NCBI GenBank assembly: GCA_965202665.1
Contig: OZ241841.1
Location: forward strand, 1,376,001-1,440,000
Source of the DNA: Candidatus Spongiisociaceae bacterium
Lineage (GTDB): Bacteria; Actinomycetota; Acidimicrobiia; Spongiisociales; Spongiisociaceae
Reading direction: 5' to 3'
Length of the DNA stretch: 64,000 bases
Shown here: piece by piece, positions 37,425 through 48,133 of the stretch
Position numbering within the stretch: the first letter of the stretch is position 1
Layout of the letters: every line of letters begins with the position of its first letter
The notes under the pieces: generated by a model
Database searches by the model: none
What the model saw: the letters and a program-made list of their open reading frames with translations, nothing else
Told to the model about the DNA's origin: nothing
Made by a program: the position numbers and the translations under genes

Positions 37425-38639
37425 CTATTTTGAAGCCTGGGCCAGTTGGGAGAGGGAGGCAACAACCCGCTCCCAATCGGGCTCTTCGGTCAGGTGGCAC
37501 CAGGAAATTCGGAGTGCGCCGGCGATGCGCTCCTCTCCCAGTTTCATTGCCTTCAGAACATGGCTCGGTTCATACTTCTCGGAGGTGCAAGCCGAACCGT
37601 TGGATATTTCGATTACGCCCTTGAGCGCCACCATTGCGGCTTCGGCGTCTACGCCCGGGATGGATAAATTCACCGCGTTTGGCGCTACCCGACCGAGGTC
37701 CCCGTTGATGACCGGCCGCAAGGGAGCCAAATGCTCGAGAAGTCGGTTACGGAAATCCAAATTCACGGCTTCCCGCTTTTTGTGCTCCCGTGATGCCAGT
37801 TCAGCCGCAAGGCCGAGGCCTACAACCAAGTGCACGGGAAGAGTGCCCGGTCTCAGTCCTCGTTCTTGACCGCCTCCGTACATCAGCGGGGTGAGCGGCA
37901 GAGCGGAGAACCCTCTCCGTCGAGCGATCAGGGCTCCCACCCCTTTGGGGCCGTAACATTTGTGCCCGCTGATGCTGATGAGATCGATGCGATGATTTTG
38001 AAGGGGCTCCACTATCTTGCCGAAGCCCTGCGCGGCATCCACATGGAGATACGTAGGATTGTCGGCAAGGGCCTCTGCGACGGCGGATATTGGTTGAATC
38101 ATTCCGGTCTCGTTGTTGACGTGCATGATGCTGACAAGGAGGGTGTCGTCACGGACGCGTTGCAGAACCTCGGTGGGGTCCACTGAGCCATCCCCGCGCG
38201 TGGGAGCTAAATCAACGGCAAAACCTTGACGGGAGAGGTGCTCCAGCGGTTCGATGACTGCTTTATGCTCGATCTCCGTTGAGACGATGTGCCGCCTTTG
38301 TTCCGCTTCTGGGCTCTTGGCGATGCCCAGAATGGCCAGATTGTCGCTCTCGGTCGCTCCGCTTGTGAAAATAACCTCATCGCTTTGGGCATCAACGAGG
38401 GAGGCAACCTGTTCACGGGCGCGTTGCACAGCTTGCTTGGCCCGATTCCCGCGCTCGTGCGTCCTGGAGCCTGCATTGCCGTACTCGATCTCGAGATACC
38501 TAACGACCTCTTCTCGGACGCGGGGCTCCACAGGCGCGGTAGCGTTGCAATCGAGGTAAACAGCCGCCGTTTCCAGAAGAAGGAGGTTCTTTCCGTATTC
38601 GGGCGATACTGGATCTATCATGCCACCAGTATAGACCAT
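37425..38639 (-). CDS. dndA: Cysteine desulfurase DndA
   Basis: YLDCNAT, YGNAGSRTH, SGHKCYGPKG, SNGSACTS; divergent from dndB; start may be further downstream (MIDP). Confidence 0.9.
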   Translation of the reverse strand: MVYTGGMIDPVSPEYGKNLLLLETAAVYLDCNATAPVEPRVREEVVRYLEIEYGNAGSRTHERGNRAKQAVQRAREQVASLVDAQSDEVIFTSGATESDNLAILGIAKSPEAEQRRHIVSTEIEHKAVIEPLEHLSRQGFAVDLAPTRGDGSVDPTEVLQRVRDDTLLVSIMHVNNETGMIQPISAVAEALADNPTYLHVDAAQGFGKIVEPLQNHRIDLISISGHKCYGPKGVGALIARRRGFSALPLTPLMYGGGQERGLRPGTLPVHLVVGLGLAAELASREHKKREAVNLDFRNRLLEHLAPLRPVINGDLGRVAPNAVNLSIPGVDAEAAMVALKGVIEISNGSACTSEKYEPSHVLKAMKLGEERIAGALRISWCHLTEEPDWERVVASLSQLAQASK

Positions 38640-38667
38640 TCAAGCAGTTTGCCTTATTTGTGCTCAA

Positions 38668-38702
38668 GTATGTTTGACAATAAACATACAATTAAGTATA
38701 AT
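38668..38702 (+). promoter_or_regulatory. Consensus sigma-70 promoter of dndB with an overlapping palindrome
   Basis: TTGACA (38674-79), N17, TATAAT (38697-702); GTATGTTT-N6-AAACATAC at 38668-38689. Confidence 0.85.
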
Positions 38703-38741
38703 ATGGTAACATAAACGTTTCGGCGAAAATAAGGAGGGGTT

Positions 38742-39845
38742 TTGGAACGACCTTTCGAATATACCTTCCCCGCCATCCGGGGCATACAGGCTGGCCGGGA
38801 ATTTTACGTGTCGCAGTGCCCATTGCTCCTGGTTCCCAAAATCCTCCTCTACGACGAGGAGGAGATCATTCCGGAGATGAGAGCCCAGCGGACGATCAAT
38901 CGCTCCCGTGTACCCGAGATTGCGAAATACATGGTGCGCAACCGCAAGGAGTGGATTTTTTCGGCGTTGACCGCTTCCATTGACGGCGAGGCACGTTTCA
39001 CGGCATTTTCGGACGATCCGGGGAAACGCATTGGTATGCTCCATATTCCGATGTCCACGCGTTTCATCATCAACGATGGCCAACACCGGCGGGCGGCCAT
39101 AGAAATGGCAATGGCGGAGGAACCCTCGTTGGCCGACGAGAGCATCGGCTTGGTGCTTTTCCTGGATCGCGGCTTGCATCGTTCCCAACAGATGTTCGCC
39201 GATCTGAATCGCCATGCGGCCAAGCCCTCAAAATCGCTGGGGCTTCTCTACGACCATCGTGACCCGCTGGCTGAAATCATCAGGTTGGTGGTTTTCAAAT
39301 CAGATTTTCTGAAGGATGTTGTAGAAATCGAGAAAACTACGGTCGCCGCCCGGTCGCGAAAACTATTTACTTTGAGTGCTCTATATAACGGGACTCGCGC
39401 CTTTCTCGGAACCCTTCCCGAGAACCAAGAAATTCAAGTCGAGACACTGGCAGACCGCGGTCGCGGATTTTGGGAGGTGGTTGCTCAGCATCTGAAGGAA
39501 TGGCGTTTGGTTCGCGAACGCAAGATCGCCGCCTCCGAGGTACGCAGGGATTTCATTCATTCTCATGCCATAATCCTGCATGCCCTTGGCAGGGCGGGCC
39601 ATGATTTGTTGTGCGAATATCCAGGCAAATGGAAAAACAAGATCAGCAAACTGGCTGAGGTTGATTGGTCTCGGAATAATATACTGTGGGAAGGCCGTGC
39701 GATTACGGCCGGGAGAGTTACCAAATCACATCAGAATGTTATTCTTACTACTAACGCCATCAAGAAAATACTGAGTTTGCCTCTATCTGATGAAGAACAG
39801 TGCCAAGAAATTAATTTTAGTAGAAATGGTGTTACCAATGGCTAA
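38742..39845 (+). CDS. dndB: DGQHR-domain PT regulator DndB
   Basis: FPAIRGIQAGREFY, RAQR, FSALTASID, INDGQHR, QQMFADLN; AAGGAGG RBS with TTG start. Confidence 0.93.
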   Translation: MERPFEYTFPAIRGIQAGREFYVSQCPLLLVPKILLYDEEEIIPEMRAQRTINRSRVPEIAKYMVRNRKEWIFSALTASIDGEARFTAFSDDPGKRIGMLHIPMSTRFIINDGQHRRAAIEMAMAEEPSLADESIGLVLFLDRGLHRSQQMFADLNRHAAKPSKSLGLLYDHRDPLAEIIRLVVFKSDFLKDVVEIEKTTVAARSRKLFTLSALYNGTRAFLGTLPENQEIQVETLADRGRGFWEVVAQHLKEWRLVRERKIAASEVRRDFIHSHAIILHALGRAGHDLLCEYPGKWKNKISKLAEVDWSRNNILWEGRAITAGRVTKSHQNVILTTNAIKKILSLPLSDEEQCQEINFSRNGVTNG

Positions 39846-41358
39846 GTCATTTGCTCCTTCCGCTTTTACCGATCTCGGCTTCAACACTGTCGTGGAAAGC
39901 GTCATTACCGAAATACAGAATTTATACTGTGAAGATAGTATCCCTTGGGTGGTTGGTTATAGCGGGGGGAAAGATTCTACTGCCACCCTTCAACTGGTTT
40001 GGCTTGCTTTGTCGGAATTGCCTGTGGAAAAGAGGCACAAAATTGTTCATGTAATAAGCACTGATACTCTAGTAGAAAACCCTGTCGTAGCCGCTTGGGT
40101 AAATCACTCTCTTGAAAAAATTGCAAATAGTGCTTCTAGTCAAGAACTTCCTGTTAAATCACATAGACTTACTCCAAAAATAACCGATACCTTTTGGGTT
40201 AATCTAATAGGTAAAGGATATCCGGCTCCCAGGCCAAAATTTAGATGGTGCACGGAAAGAATGAAAATCAATCCTTCGAACCAGTTTATTCGTAACGTTG
40301 TTAGGTCAGATGGAGAGGCCATTGTTGTGTTGGGTACGCGCAAGGCTGAAAGCAAGGCTAGAGAATCTCGGATGACAAAGGTAGAAACTCAGAAAATCCG
40401 TGACTTACTTGTTCCTAATGTTAGTCTCGCAAATTCTTTGGTTTATACTCCAATCTCCACTTGGAACAATGATGATGTTTGGCTTTTTCTAATGCAGATT
40501 TCTAATCCTTGGGGGAACGATAATAAAGATCTGCTTACTATGTACAGTGGTGCCTCACCAGATGGGGAGTGCCCTCTGGTTATTGATACTAGTACTCCCA
40601 GTTGCGGAGACAGTAGGTTTGGCTGTTGGACCTGTACACTTGTTGATAAAGATAAATCGATGAGCGCAATGATCCAAAATGATAACGAAAAAGAATGGAT
40701 GCTTCCTTTGCTTGAAATTAGGAATGCCTTGGATTTGACCGATGATCGTCATCTTCGAGATTTTAGGAGGATGAATGGGAGCGTCCAATTATTCAAAAAC
40801 GCACCTATACCAGGTCCATATACACAGGATAGTAGAGAGAAATGGCTTCGTATGGTTTTAGACGCACAGACTTGGATAAGAGATAATGGTCCTAGAGAGG
40901 TGAATGATATTATTTTAATATCGTTAGACGAGTTGCACGAGATCCGCCGTATATGGATTTACGAAAAGCATGAAATAGAAGATAGATTACCTGACATCTA
41001 TCGGGAAACCACTGGTGAAGATTTCCCCGGCCAGCCACTGGATGATCATCTTCCGCTAGGCAAAACGGAGATGCGTATTCTGCTTTCCCTTTGCCCGGAT
41101 GATAGACTTCATTACGAATTGATTAGGGAACTCTTGGACATCGAACGCAACTATCGTGGTATGTCTCGGCGGTCAGGTTTATACGACAGTATTGAGGAAG
41201 CCTTTTCCCGACATTTCTATGAGAACGAAGAGGATGCTACTGAGCGAGCTCGTAATCTAGCGATCGCTAAACAAGTGGCAAATAAAGGGGAAGTAGATTA
41301 TGTTAAAATGGATCTCTCTAGTTATGCGGAGATACTTCCAACAGAGCCGAGCGTATGA
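39838..41358 (+). CDS. dndC: PT sulfurtransferase DndC
   Basis: PWVVGYSGGKDS, DTLVENP, FWVNLIGKGYPAP, RWCTERMKI, SCGDSRFGCWTC. Confidence 0.95.
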   Translation: MAKSFAPSAFTDLGFNTVVESVITEIQNLYCEDSIPWVVGYSGGKDSTATLQLVWLALSELPVEKRHKIVHVISTDTLVENPVVAAWVNHSLEKIANSASSQELPVKSHRLTPKITDTFWVNLIGKGYPAPRPKFRWCTERMKINPSNQFIRNVVRSDGEAIVVLGTRKAESKARESRMTKVETQKIRDLLVPNVSLANSLVYTPISTWNNDDVWLFLMQISNPWGNDNKDLLTMYSGASPDGECPLVIDTSTPSCGDSRFGCWTCTLVDKDKSMSAMIQNDNEKEWMLPLLEIRNALDLTDDRHLRDFRRMNGSVQLFKNAPIPGPYTQDSREKWLRMVLDAQTWIRDNGPREVNDIILISLDELHEIRRIWIYEKHEIEDRLPDIYRETTGEDFPGQPLDDHLPLGKTEMRILLSLCPDDRLHYELIRELLDIERNYRGMSRRSGLYDSIEEAFSRHFYENEEDATERARNLAIAKQVANKGEVDYVKMDLSSYAEILPTEPSV

Positions 41359-43340
41359 TAATCAAAGAATTGGTTCTCTATAACTTTGGCGTTTATGCTG
41401 GTCGTCAAGTTCTTAATTTAGAGCCTCCTTGTCCAGATCATCCTGTTATTCTTATCGGCGGTTTAAACGGAGGTGGGAAGACCACTATTTTGGATGCTGT
41501 CCAGTTGGCACTATATGGTAAAAGGGCGCGTTGTTCCGCTCGTGAAAAATATAGTTATAAAGAGTTTCTACGAAAGTCCATAAATAGAAATGCTACGAAG
41601 GCTGGAGTGGAGCTAGAGTTCGAAACTCATTTCGTGGGTGAAACCACTACCTTACGGATTTGCCGAAGCTGGGGTTATAAGGGGAAAGGCGTAGACGAAA
41701 ATTTATCGATATGGCGTGATGGAGAACCGGATCACCTGTTGACGCATTCATGGAGTAATCGCGTTGAAGAATATCTTCCATTGAATATAGCGCAATTATT
41801 TTTCTTTGATGGCGAACGTATAGAAGGTTTGGCTGACAGTGATCGCTCTAGGGTTTTAATGGAGACTGGTATCAACTCTTTACTGGGGGTTGATATTATC
41901 CGGCAATTAGATTCCGATTTGACGGTTTTGCTTCGCCGCAAGCTAAAAGATAAACAAGAAGGTAAGTATGAAAAGGAAATTGAATCAATAGAGTCATCGA
42001 TTCAAAAACTTGAGGCATTACGGCAAGAGGCCTTGCTTGATAAGGCTCACAATCAGGCCCTATATGAACAGGCAATGGCAAAATTGGAATCAACAAATGA
42101 AAAGTACAGTCAGGAAGGAGGAAATTTATATGAGCAACGTATCACTATTGAGCAAAAAGGAGACGGACTCAAACAAGAAATAGTTGATAAGGAGGAACAC
42201 TTACGAGATCTTGCAATGGGATCACTCCCACTTGCGTTGGTAAACGATCTTTTTCATAATACTTTAGACCGCTCTGTATTGGAGCAAAATACTTTTGTCC
42301 AGCAAAAGGTTTATGAAGAGATGAAAATTCGCAACCGGGATCTTGTGGAATGGATGAAAAAACAACAATTCGCGGAAGGTATACAGGAGTCGATTGCTCT
42401 GTTCTTGGATAATACTACATCACCTCCTAAGGATCAAATTAGCCCGAGGCTTGATTTAGGAGTCAATATAACTGACAATATGAGGGTACTAAGGGATAGA
42501 TATTTACCTGATGATATAGGTAAAACAAAAGCATTGCTGGAAGAGGTAGAGAAACTTGAAATGGACTATACAGAGACAGAACGCATGCTGTCAGCAATTC
42601 CAGAAGAGGCACGAATTAAACCCTTGCAGAGAGAGAGAAATAGACTTATATCGAAAGTGGAAGATTTGACTGTCAACCTCAACACATCTGCGGAGGTATT
42701 TGAAAGAGTTGACAGAGATCTTACTTCACAAAAGGAATCACTCATCCGTTTATTAGATGCACAGGTTAGAGAATTGTTGGAAAGAGACGAATCAGAGAGA
42801 ATAGTTATTCATGCAAATCGCGTCCGTAAAACACTAGAGACCTTTCGCTTGGCTGTTATTAGAGAGCACATCGGTCGCATCGAGGAGGAAATAACGAGTT
42901 GCTTTAGAAGATTACTACACAAAGAGTTGTTAATTGAGAAGGTATGTTTAGATGTATCCAGCTTTGGTATCACCATAAAGGGCTTTGATGATAAGAGGAT
43001 CCCAGTTGAACAATTGTCAGCTGGTGAACGCCAACTTCTGGCAGTTGCTTTTCTCTGGGGCTTAGCTATCGTATCCGGGAGGACTCTTCCAACAATTATC
43101 GATACTCCTTTGGGGAGGCTTGATAGCCTTCATCGCGATCGATTAATTACTCACTATTTTCCCAACGCTAGTCATCAAGTTTTGTTGCTTTCGACGGATG
43201 AGGAAATCGATCGGGATCTTTACAAGATATTGAGACCGTATGTAGGGCACGAGTATAGGTTGGAGTTTGACGACAGCATCCAATCTACCACAGTAGTGCC
43301 CGGTTACTTTTGGACAAAGGAGTTGTCATATGCCAATTGA
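41355..43340 (+). CDS. dndD: SMC-like ATPase DndD
   Basis: GGLNGGGKTT, LFFFDGE, LSAGERQ, IIDTPLGRLD, HQVLLLSTDEEI, GYFW. Confidence 0.95.
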   Translation: MIIKELVLYNFGVYAGRQVLNLEPPCPDHPVILIGGLNGGGKTTILDAVQLALYGKRARCSAREKYSYKEFLRKSINRNATKAGVELEFETHFVGETTTLRICRSWGYKGKGVDENLSIWRDGEPDHLLTHSWSNRVEEYLPLNIAQLFFFDGERIEGLADSDRSRVLMETGINSLLGVDIIRQLDSDLTVLLRRKLKDKQEGKYEKEIESIESSIQKLEALRQEALLDKAHNQALYEQAMAKLESTNEKYSQEGGNLYEQRITIEQKGDGLKQEIVDKEEHLRDLAMGSLPLALVNDLFHNTLDRSVLEQNTFVQQKVYEEMKIRNRDLVEWMKKQQFAEGIQESIALFLDNTTSPPKDQISPRLDLGVNITDNMRVLRDRYLPDDIGKTKALLEEVEKLEMDYTETERMLSAIPEEARIKPLQRERNRLISKVEDLTVNLNTSAEVFERVDRDLTSQKESLIRLLDAQVRELLERDESERIVIHANRVRKTLETFRLAVIREHIGRIEEEITSCFRRLLHKELLIEKVCLDVSSFGITIKGFDDKRIPVEQLSAGERQLLAVAFLWGLAIVSGRTLPTIIDTPLGRLDSLHRDRLITHYFPNASHQVLLLSTDEEIDRDLYKILRPYVGHEYRLEFDDSIQSTTVVPGYFWTKELSYAN

Positions 43341-43710
43341 GAGGATTCGACTGAGTGAACGGGAGCGTGAACAGCTGATTACGCTCAAGCGTCGGACCAA
43401 GCTGAAGAACTGGAATGTGCTATGTCGTTGGGCATTATGTACCTCGTTGGCTGAGCCCACCCCTCCTCCCAAGGCCGAGATCGTTTCGGATAGTTCGGTC
43501 GAGATGACTTGGCGAGTGTTTGCTGGCCAGTACGAAGATTTGTACCTGGCATTGCTGAAGCAACGTTGCTTGCAGGATGGGCTTGAAATAGACGACGATG
43601 TGTTGATGACTCAGTTTCGGCTCCATTTGAATCGCGGTATCGGCTATCTCTACGGTGATCGTTCGATGAAAAATATAGGTGATCTAGTCCGAAGGGCTGT
43701 TGATGCATGA
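43330..43710 (+). CDS. dndE: DndE
   Basis: LKRRTKLKNWNVLCRWALCTSL, EMTWRVFAG, HLNRGIGYL. Confidence 0.93.
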   Translation: MPIERIRLSEREREQLITLKRRTKLKNWNVLCRWALCTSLAEPTPPPKAEIVSDSSVEMTWRVFAGQYEDLYLALLKQRCLQDGLEIDDDVLMTQFRLHLNRGIGYLYGDRSMKNIGDLVRRAVDA

Positions 43711-43745
43711 TGGCCGTTTGTCGCTGTAGAGGCACTCGCTGTGAT

Positions 43746-43773
43746 TTGACTCGCCGGTCTGTTGTGGTATGCT
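43746..43773 (+). promoter_or_regulatory. Putative internal promoter for the effector cassette
   Basis: TTGACT, N16, TATGCT with extended -10 TG; ATG at 43783. Confidence 0.55.
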
Positions 43774-43782
43774 CTAAGCGTA

Positions 43783-45870
43783 ATGTTACCAAATTTGCAG
43801 ATTGAGGCCTCTTACCGGAGTGACCGGAATCAGGTTCTCCATAACTTTCACATCCCGTGTCTGGAGCAAGCAACTTCCTACGACAGAGCTGTAGGATACT
43901 TCACCAGTGGGTCCTTGAGCCTTGTGGCAACTGGCTTGAGTAGGCTTATTCAGCGAGATGGACGGATGCGACTCGTGGCCTCACCGCGCCTCAACGAGGA
44001 GGACGGGAAGGCTATCCGTGAAGGCTACGAGCAACGCGAGGTCATCGAGCGAAACTTAGTTCGTGAGCTTACACGTGATGACATACCTGATCCAGTAAAG
44101 GAGCGTCTAGGTTTTCTAGCATGGATGGTCGCCGAAGGCTTTCTAGATATCCGGATTGCTCTCGTGCGCAATGATCAGGGAGTAGGGATTTATCATGAGA
44201 AGTTTGGAATATACACCGATTCGGAAGGTCATCAGGTAGTTTTTTCTGGTTCAGCCAACGAAACTGCTGCTGGACTTGTCAGCAATTTTGAATCGTTAGA
44301 GGTATTTTGTTCTTGGGTAGACATAGACACAGAACGTGTAAAGAGCCGGGTCTATGACTTCGACTTGCTATGGGAAGGTAATACAGATGGGTTACAGATA
44401 TATGATTTTCCCGAAGCTGCTCGTCAAGCGATCCTTCAGTATAAACCAGAAACTAAACCAAGTTCGGAGCCCAAAGAAAATCATGACTTGATAGGCATGG
44501 AGACCCCATATTCGCCCAACTGGCTATGTCTCAGGGACTATCAAAGGACAGCCATAGAAAAATGGTTTCAGGCTAATGGGCGAGGTATTTGGGAAATGGC
44601 CACAGGTACAGGCAAAACGGTTACTGCTCTAGATGCCATGACCAAAGTATTTAAAGAACATCACTCACGAGGTCAGGCTTTGTTTGTCGCTATAGTATGT
44701 CCGTTTATACATCTCGCCGAACAATGGGATAAAGAAGCTCGGAATTTTGGGGCAACACCCATAATATGTGCAGAAGGCCTAGATAAATGGTACACCGAAG
44801 CCAATGATGCTATAGCTTCGCTAAATCTCGGCCAGTCGGAATTTGTTCTTACGATTACTACCAATTCTACTTTTACAAAAAAACCATATCAATCATTTAT
44901 AAGGCAAGTTAAACCAAACATTCTTCTGATAGCGGACGAGGTTCATAATTTCGGTTCTCCTCAGATTAGAGGTGTCTTACCAGAAAATGCTACATATAGA
45001 TTAGGACTTTCTGCTACTCCGGAACGGCATTTTGACATTCTTGGCAGTCAGGCGATTACAGATTATTTTGGTGATTCTGTTTTTGCTTATAGCATACAGG
45101 ATGCAATTAAGTCAGGATATTTAACTTCATATAGTTATGAACCTATTATTGTGTATTTAGATGACGAGGAGATGGAAGAGTATATCGAACTAACTAAGCA
45201 AATAGGTAAACTATGGAATTGGAACAAGGGCGGAAGGTCGATAGATCAAGTTGAAGACGGACCTCTTAAAGTATACTTGATAAAGCGCGCAAGTTTACTT
45301 AGATCAGCGCGAGGAAAGATAGATTTACTAAGAAAAACAATGGTTGGATTTGCGCACTCTTATCATAATCTGCTATACTGCGATTCTGACGGCGATGTAG
45401 GCGAGAGCCAACTTGCTGAGGTATGCAAGATATTAGGAACTGAATTGAAAATGAAAGTCAATACCTATACACACCAGACACCTCCGAGAGAGCGGATGAG
45501 ACTAACTCGGGAACTTGAATCTGGTGAGATTCAGGCACTAATTGCTATACGATGCCTTGATGAAGGGATTGATATCCCAAGTGCTCGGAGAGGGTTTATC
45601 TTGGCAAGTTCAACTAATCCTCGGCAATTTATTCAGCGCAGAGGTAGGCTTTTACGTCTTGCTGATGGTAAGGAGCAAGCAGAAATATACGATTTTATAG
45701 TTGTTCCATCAGAAGATTTATTTGATCAGAAAACATTTAAAATGGAGCGTGAGTTAGTTAGGAAGGAACTCAATCGCGTAGTTGAATTTGCTAAGTGTGC
45801 AAAAAATGGCGCACAAGCCTTGGTAAAATTATTACCTATTCGCAAACGTTATCAATTGCTTGATTTGTAG
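43783..45870 (+). CDS. pbeA: PLD-nuclease plus SF2 helicase (PbeA-like PT-system restriction enzyme)
   Basis: YDRAVGYFTS, YHEKFG, FSGSANET, LRDYQ, MATGTGKT, IADEVH, LSATPER, CLDEGIDIP, QRRGRLLR. Confidence 0.8.
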   Translation: MLPNLQIEASYRSDRNQVLHNFHIPCLEQATSYDRAVGYFTSGSLSLVATGLSRLIQRDGRMRLVASPRLNEEDGKAIREGYEQREVIERNLVRELTRDDIPDPVKERLGFLAWMVAEGFLDIRIALVRNDQGVGIYHEKFGIYTDSEGHQVVFSGSANETAAGLVSNFESLEVFCSWVDIDTERVKSRVYDFDLLWEGNTDGLQIYDFPEAARQAILQYKPETKPSSEPKENHDLIGMETPYSPNWLCLRDYQRTAIEKWFQANGRGIWEMATGTGKTVTALDAMTKVFKEHHSRGQALFVAIVCPFIHLAEQWDKEARNFGATPIICAEGLDKWYTEANDAIASLNLGQSEFVLTITTNSTFTKKPYQSFIRQVKPNILLIADEVHNFGSPQIRGVLPENATYRLGLSATPERHFDILGSQAITDYFGDSVFAYSIQDAIKSGYLTSYSYEPIIVYLDDEEMEEYIELTKQIGKLWNWNKGGRSIDQVEDGPLKVYLIKRASLLRSARGKIDLLRKTMVGFAHSYHNLLYCDSDGDVGESQLAEVCKILGTELKMKVNTYTHQTPPRERMRLTRELESGEIQALIAIRCLDEGIDIPSARRGFILASSTNPRQFIQRRGRLLRLADGKEQAEIYDFIVVPSEDLFDQKTFKMERELVRKELNRVVEFAKCAKNGAQALVKLLPIRKRYQLLDL

Positions 45871-45884
45871 GAAGGAGGAAATTT

Positions 45885-46067
45885 ATGATGAATGAAGAGG
45901 CTAAGTCAACCTTTCAAGAGGTTAGGAAATTATTTCAAAACCTCTCGCTCGAGACTCAAGATCTTGTGGATGGTGTACTCAAGATAGAGCAGACCTCACT
46001 CCATCTGAAGAAGCCGCGCGGACTTAAGTTGGAAGTGCTCGATTTGGTAAGGAGTATTATACCATGA
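45885..46067 (+). CDS. Small protein (PbeB-like position)
   Basis: 60 aa, AAGGAGG RBS, stop overlaps the next start. Confidence 0.65.
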   Translation: MMNEEAKSTFQEVRKLFQNLSLETQDLVDGVLKIEQTSLHLKKPRGLKLEVLDLVRSIIP

Positions 46068-48127
46068 AGCTCGACCGTCTCTCTCTGACTAATTTTCGGC
46101 CATTTTATGGTGACCAAGAGTTGATCTTTGATCATTCCAATACGAGGAACGTTTATATAGTTTTTGGAGCTAACGGAGTTGGGAAAACTACGCTCCTGAA
46201 TGCCATGACTTGGGTATTATATAAGGAGCTGAGTTATGACTTTGAACAGCCGAACCGTCTTGTCAATAACCGAGCTTGGAGAGAATGTAATGAGGGTTCA
46301 ACTGTAGATGCAGTAGTAGAACTTGAGTTCACACATGGTTCTACACGGTATATTATCAAAAGAATACATCAGGTACGTAAGGAGGGTGATGAACAGATTA
46401 CGATGATTGACGGGGAACCCAGTTTGCATATTATAAATGAGAATGGTGGATTTGTTAAATCCGAAAACCCTTCCAATATTGTCGATCAAATATTACCTAA
46501 ACGGTTGCATCCTTTTTTCTTCTTTAATGGAGAACGAATTGAGCGCCTTGCTCAAGATGATGCCGATCAAGAAATCGAGGCGGCCGTTAAGATGGTACTA
46601 GGACTGGAGGTATTTGATCGTGGTCGGAAACATCTTGAAGGAGCGATACAGGAACTCCAGAAAGAACAAGCTAAAGTTGGTTCTATAGAAACAAAAGAGA
46701 TTGTTGAAAAATTGGGAGAACTCGATTCCAGAAAAGAGCGGTTAGAAGAAGAACTTAGTAACTTACATAGTGAAAGGGTTGCGCTGGATAAGAATATATC
46801 GGAAATAGGAGACAGAGTACGGTTAATAGGTGAAGCTCGCGAACTGCAAAAACAACGAGATCTATTTGAGCAAGAGCTAGAGGGTTCTCGTAAAAGGGAT
46901 AAAGAATTACGCGAGATGCTTAGAAATATCCTTGTGAAGAAAAGTTATGTGGTGTTTCTATCTGATCTCTCTGATCAAGTAGTTGCCCTAATTGAAGGTC
47001 TTCGTGTAAAAGGCGAGATTCCAGCACCTATAAAGAGACAGTTCGTTGAGGATCTTTTGGAAGAGGGATTGTGTATTTGTGAGACCCGTCTTGTGAAAGG
47101 AGAGATTCCTTATCTGAATGTTGAACAATGGCTGGCCAGGGGCGGCGATGGTGATGTTGAGGATGCCATTGTAAAATTAAACGCAGAAATAGATCAACAT
47201 TCTATTAGCCGTCCTGATATTTTGACAGAGATAGCTGATATTAATAAACAGTTGTTTGATAATAGCAGATTTCGTAAAAGGCTAGAAGAAAAGTTAGATG
47301 ATGTAGGTGAAAAGCTCAAGAAATTTCCTTTGGAAGAGGTATCAAAATTAGAGGAGAAACGTAATGACTATTTGAAACAAACTCATGAGAATGCTCGACT
47401 ACAAGGTTCTAAATCGGTTGAATTAAAATCTACCAAAGAAAATATCAAGAATAAGCAAATCGAATTAGAGAGAGTAAAGGAAGAAAATGCCAAGGCGTTG
47501 ATTGCTCAACAAAGAGTGATTACTGCTAAGGAGGCTCGTGATTTTTTTGCTACAGTGCATACTTTGAGAAGCCATGATGTACGCGTAGAGTTAGATGATC
47601 TTATCAGAAAAGTGTATTCCAAGATTGATTTTAAAGGTTATCAACCTCTTTTAAATGACAATTTTTTGTTAGAATTACGAAATCCGAGTGAAGAAAATGC
47701 CCTGGTAGCTAAATCCACGGGCGAGAATCAAATTTTGAGCCTTTCTTTTGTCGGAGCTCTTGCTAAGTTGGCGCGTAAGCCTAAAGAGGATATTTTTGAT
47801 AGAAAGTTTGGTGGGTTAATTAAATTTGAAGGAGGTGATTACCCTGTTGTTATTGATGCTGCCTTTGGGCAATTAGAAATTGAATATCAACGTGCGGTTG
47901 CAAGTGCCCTTCCAAGTTTAGCTAATCAAGTTATAGTATTTGTTTCGAAGGCACAAGGGATGGGAGCGGTTTTAGAAGAATTAGCACCGTTTAGTGCAGG
48001 TATATCTATTATTCACTACAGGACTACCGAGGAAAACGAGGAGTGTATTGAACTTCGAGGGGAAGAGTTTCCATATATATCAAGGAGTATCGATGGAAGT
48101 GGATGGGCTTCCATCGACAGAACATAG
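46064..48127 (+). CDS. pbeC: SMC/Rad50-like ATPase (PbeC-like)
   Basis: NFRPFYG, GANGVGKTT, FFFFNGE, central CIC, KSTGENQILSLSF, VVIDAAFGQL. Confidence 0.75.
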   Translation: MKLDRLSLTNFRPFYGDQELIFDHSNTRNVYIVFGANGVGKTTLLNAMTWVLYKELSYDFEQPNRLVNNRAWRECNEGSTVDAVVELEFTHGSTRYIIKRIHQVRKEGDEQITMIDGEPSLHIINENGGFVKSENPSNIVDQILPKRLHPFFFFNGERIERLAQDDADQEIEAAVKMVLGLEVFDRGRKHLEGAIQELQKEQAKVGSIETKEIVEKLGELDSRKERLEEELSNLHSERVALDKNISEIGDRVRLIGEARELQKQRDLFEQELEGSRKRDKELREMLRNILVKKSYVVFLSDLSDQVVALIEGLRVKGEIPAPIKRQFVEDLLEEGLCICETRLVKGEIPYLNVEQWLARGGDGDVEDAIVKLNAEIDQHSISRPDILTEIADINKQLFDNSRFRKRLEEKLDDVGEKLKKFPLEEVSKLEEKRNDYLKQTHENARLQGSKSVELKSTKENIKNKQIELERVKEENAKALIAQQRVITAKEARDFFATVHTLRSHDVRVELDDLIRKVYSKIDFKGYQPLLNDNFLLELRNPSEENALVAKSTGENQILSLSFVGALAKLARKPKEDIFDRKFGGLIKFEGGDYPVVIDAAFGQLEIEYQRAVASALPSLANQVIVFVSKAQGMGAVLEELAPFSAGISIIHYRTTEENEECIELRGEEFPYISRSIDGSGWASIDRT

Positions 48128-48133
48128 GAGTAG

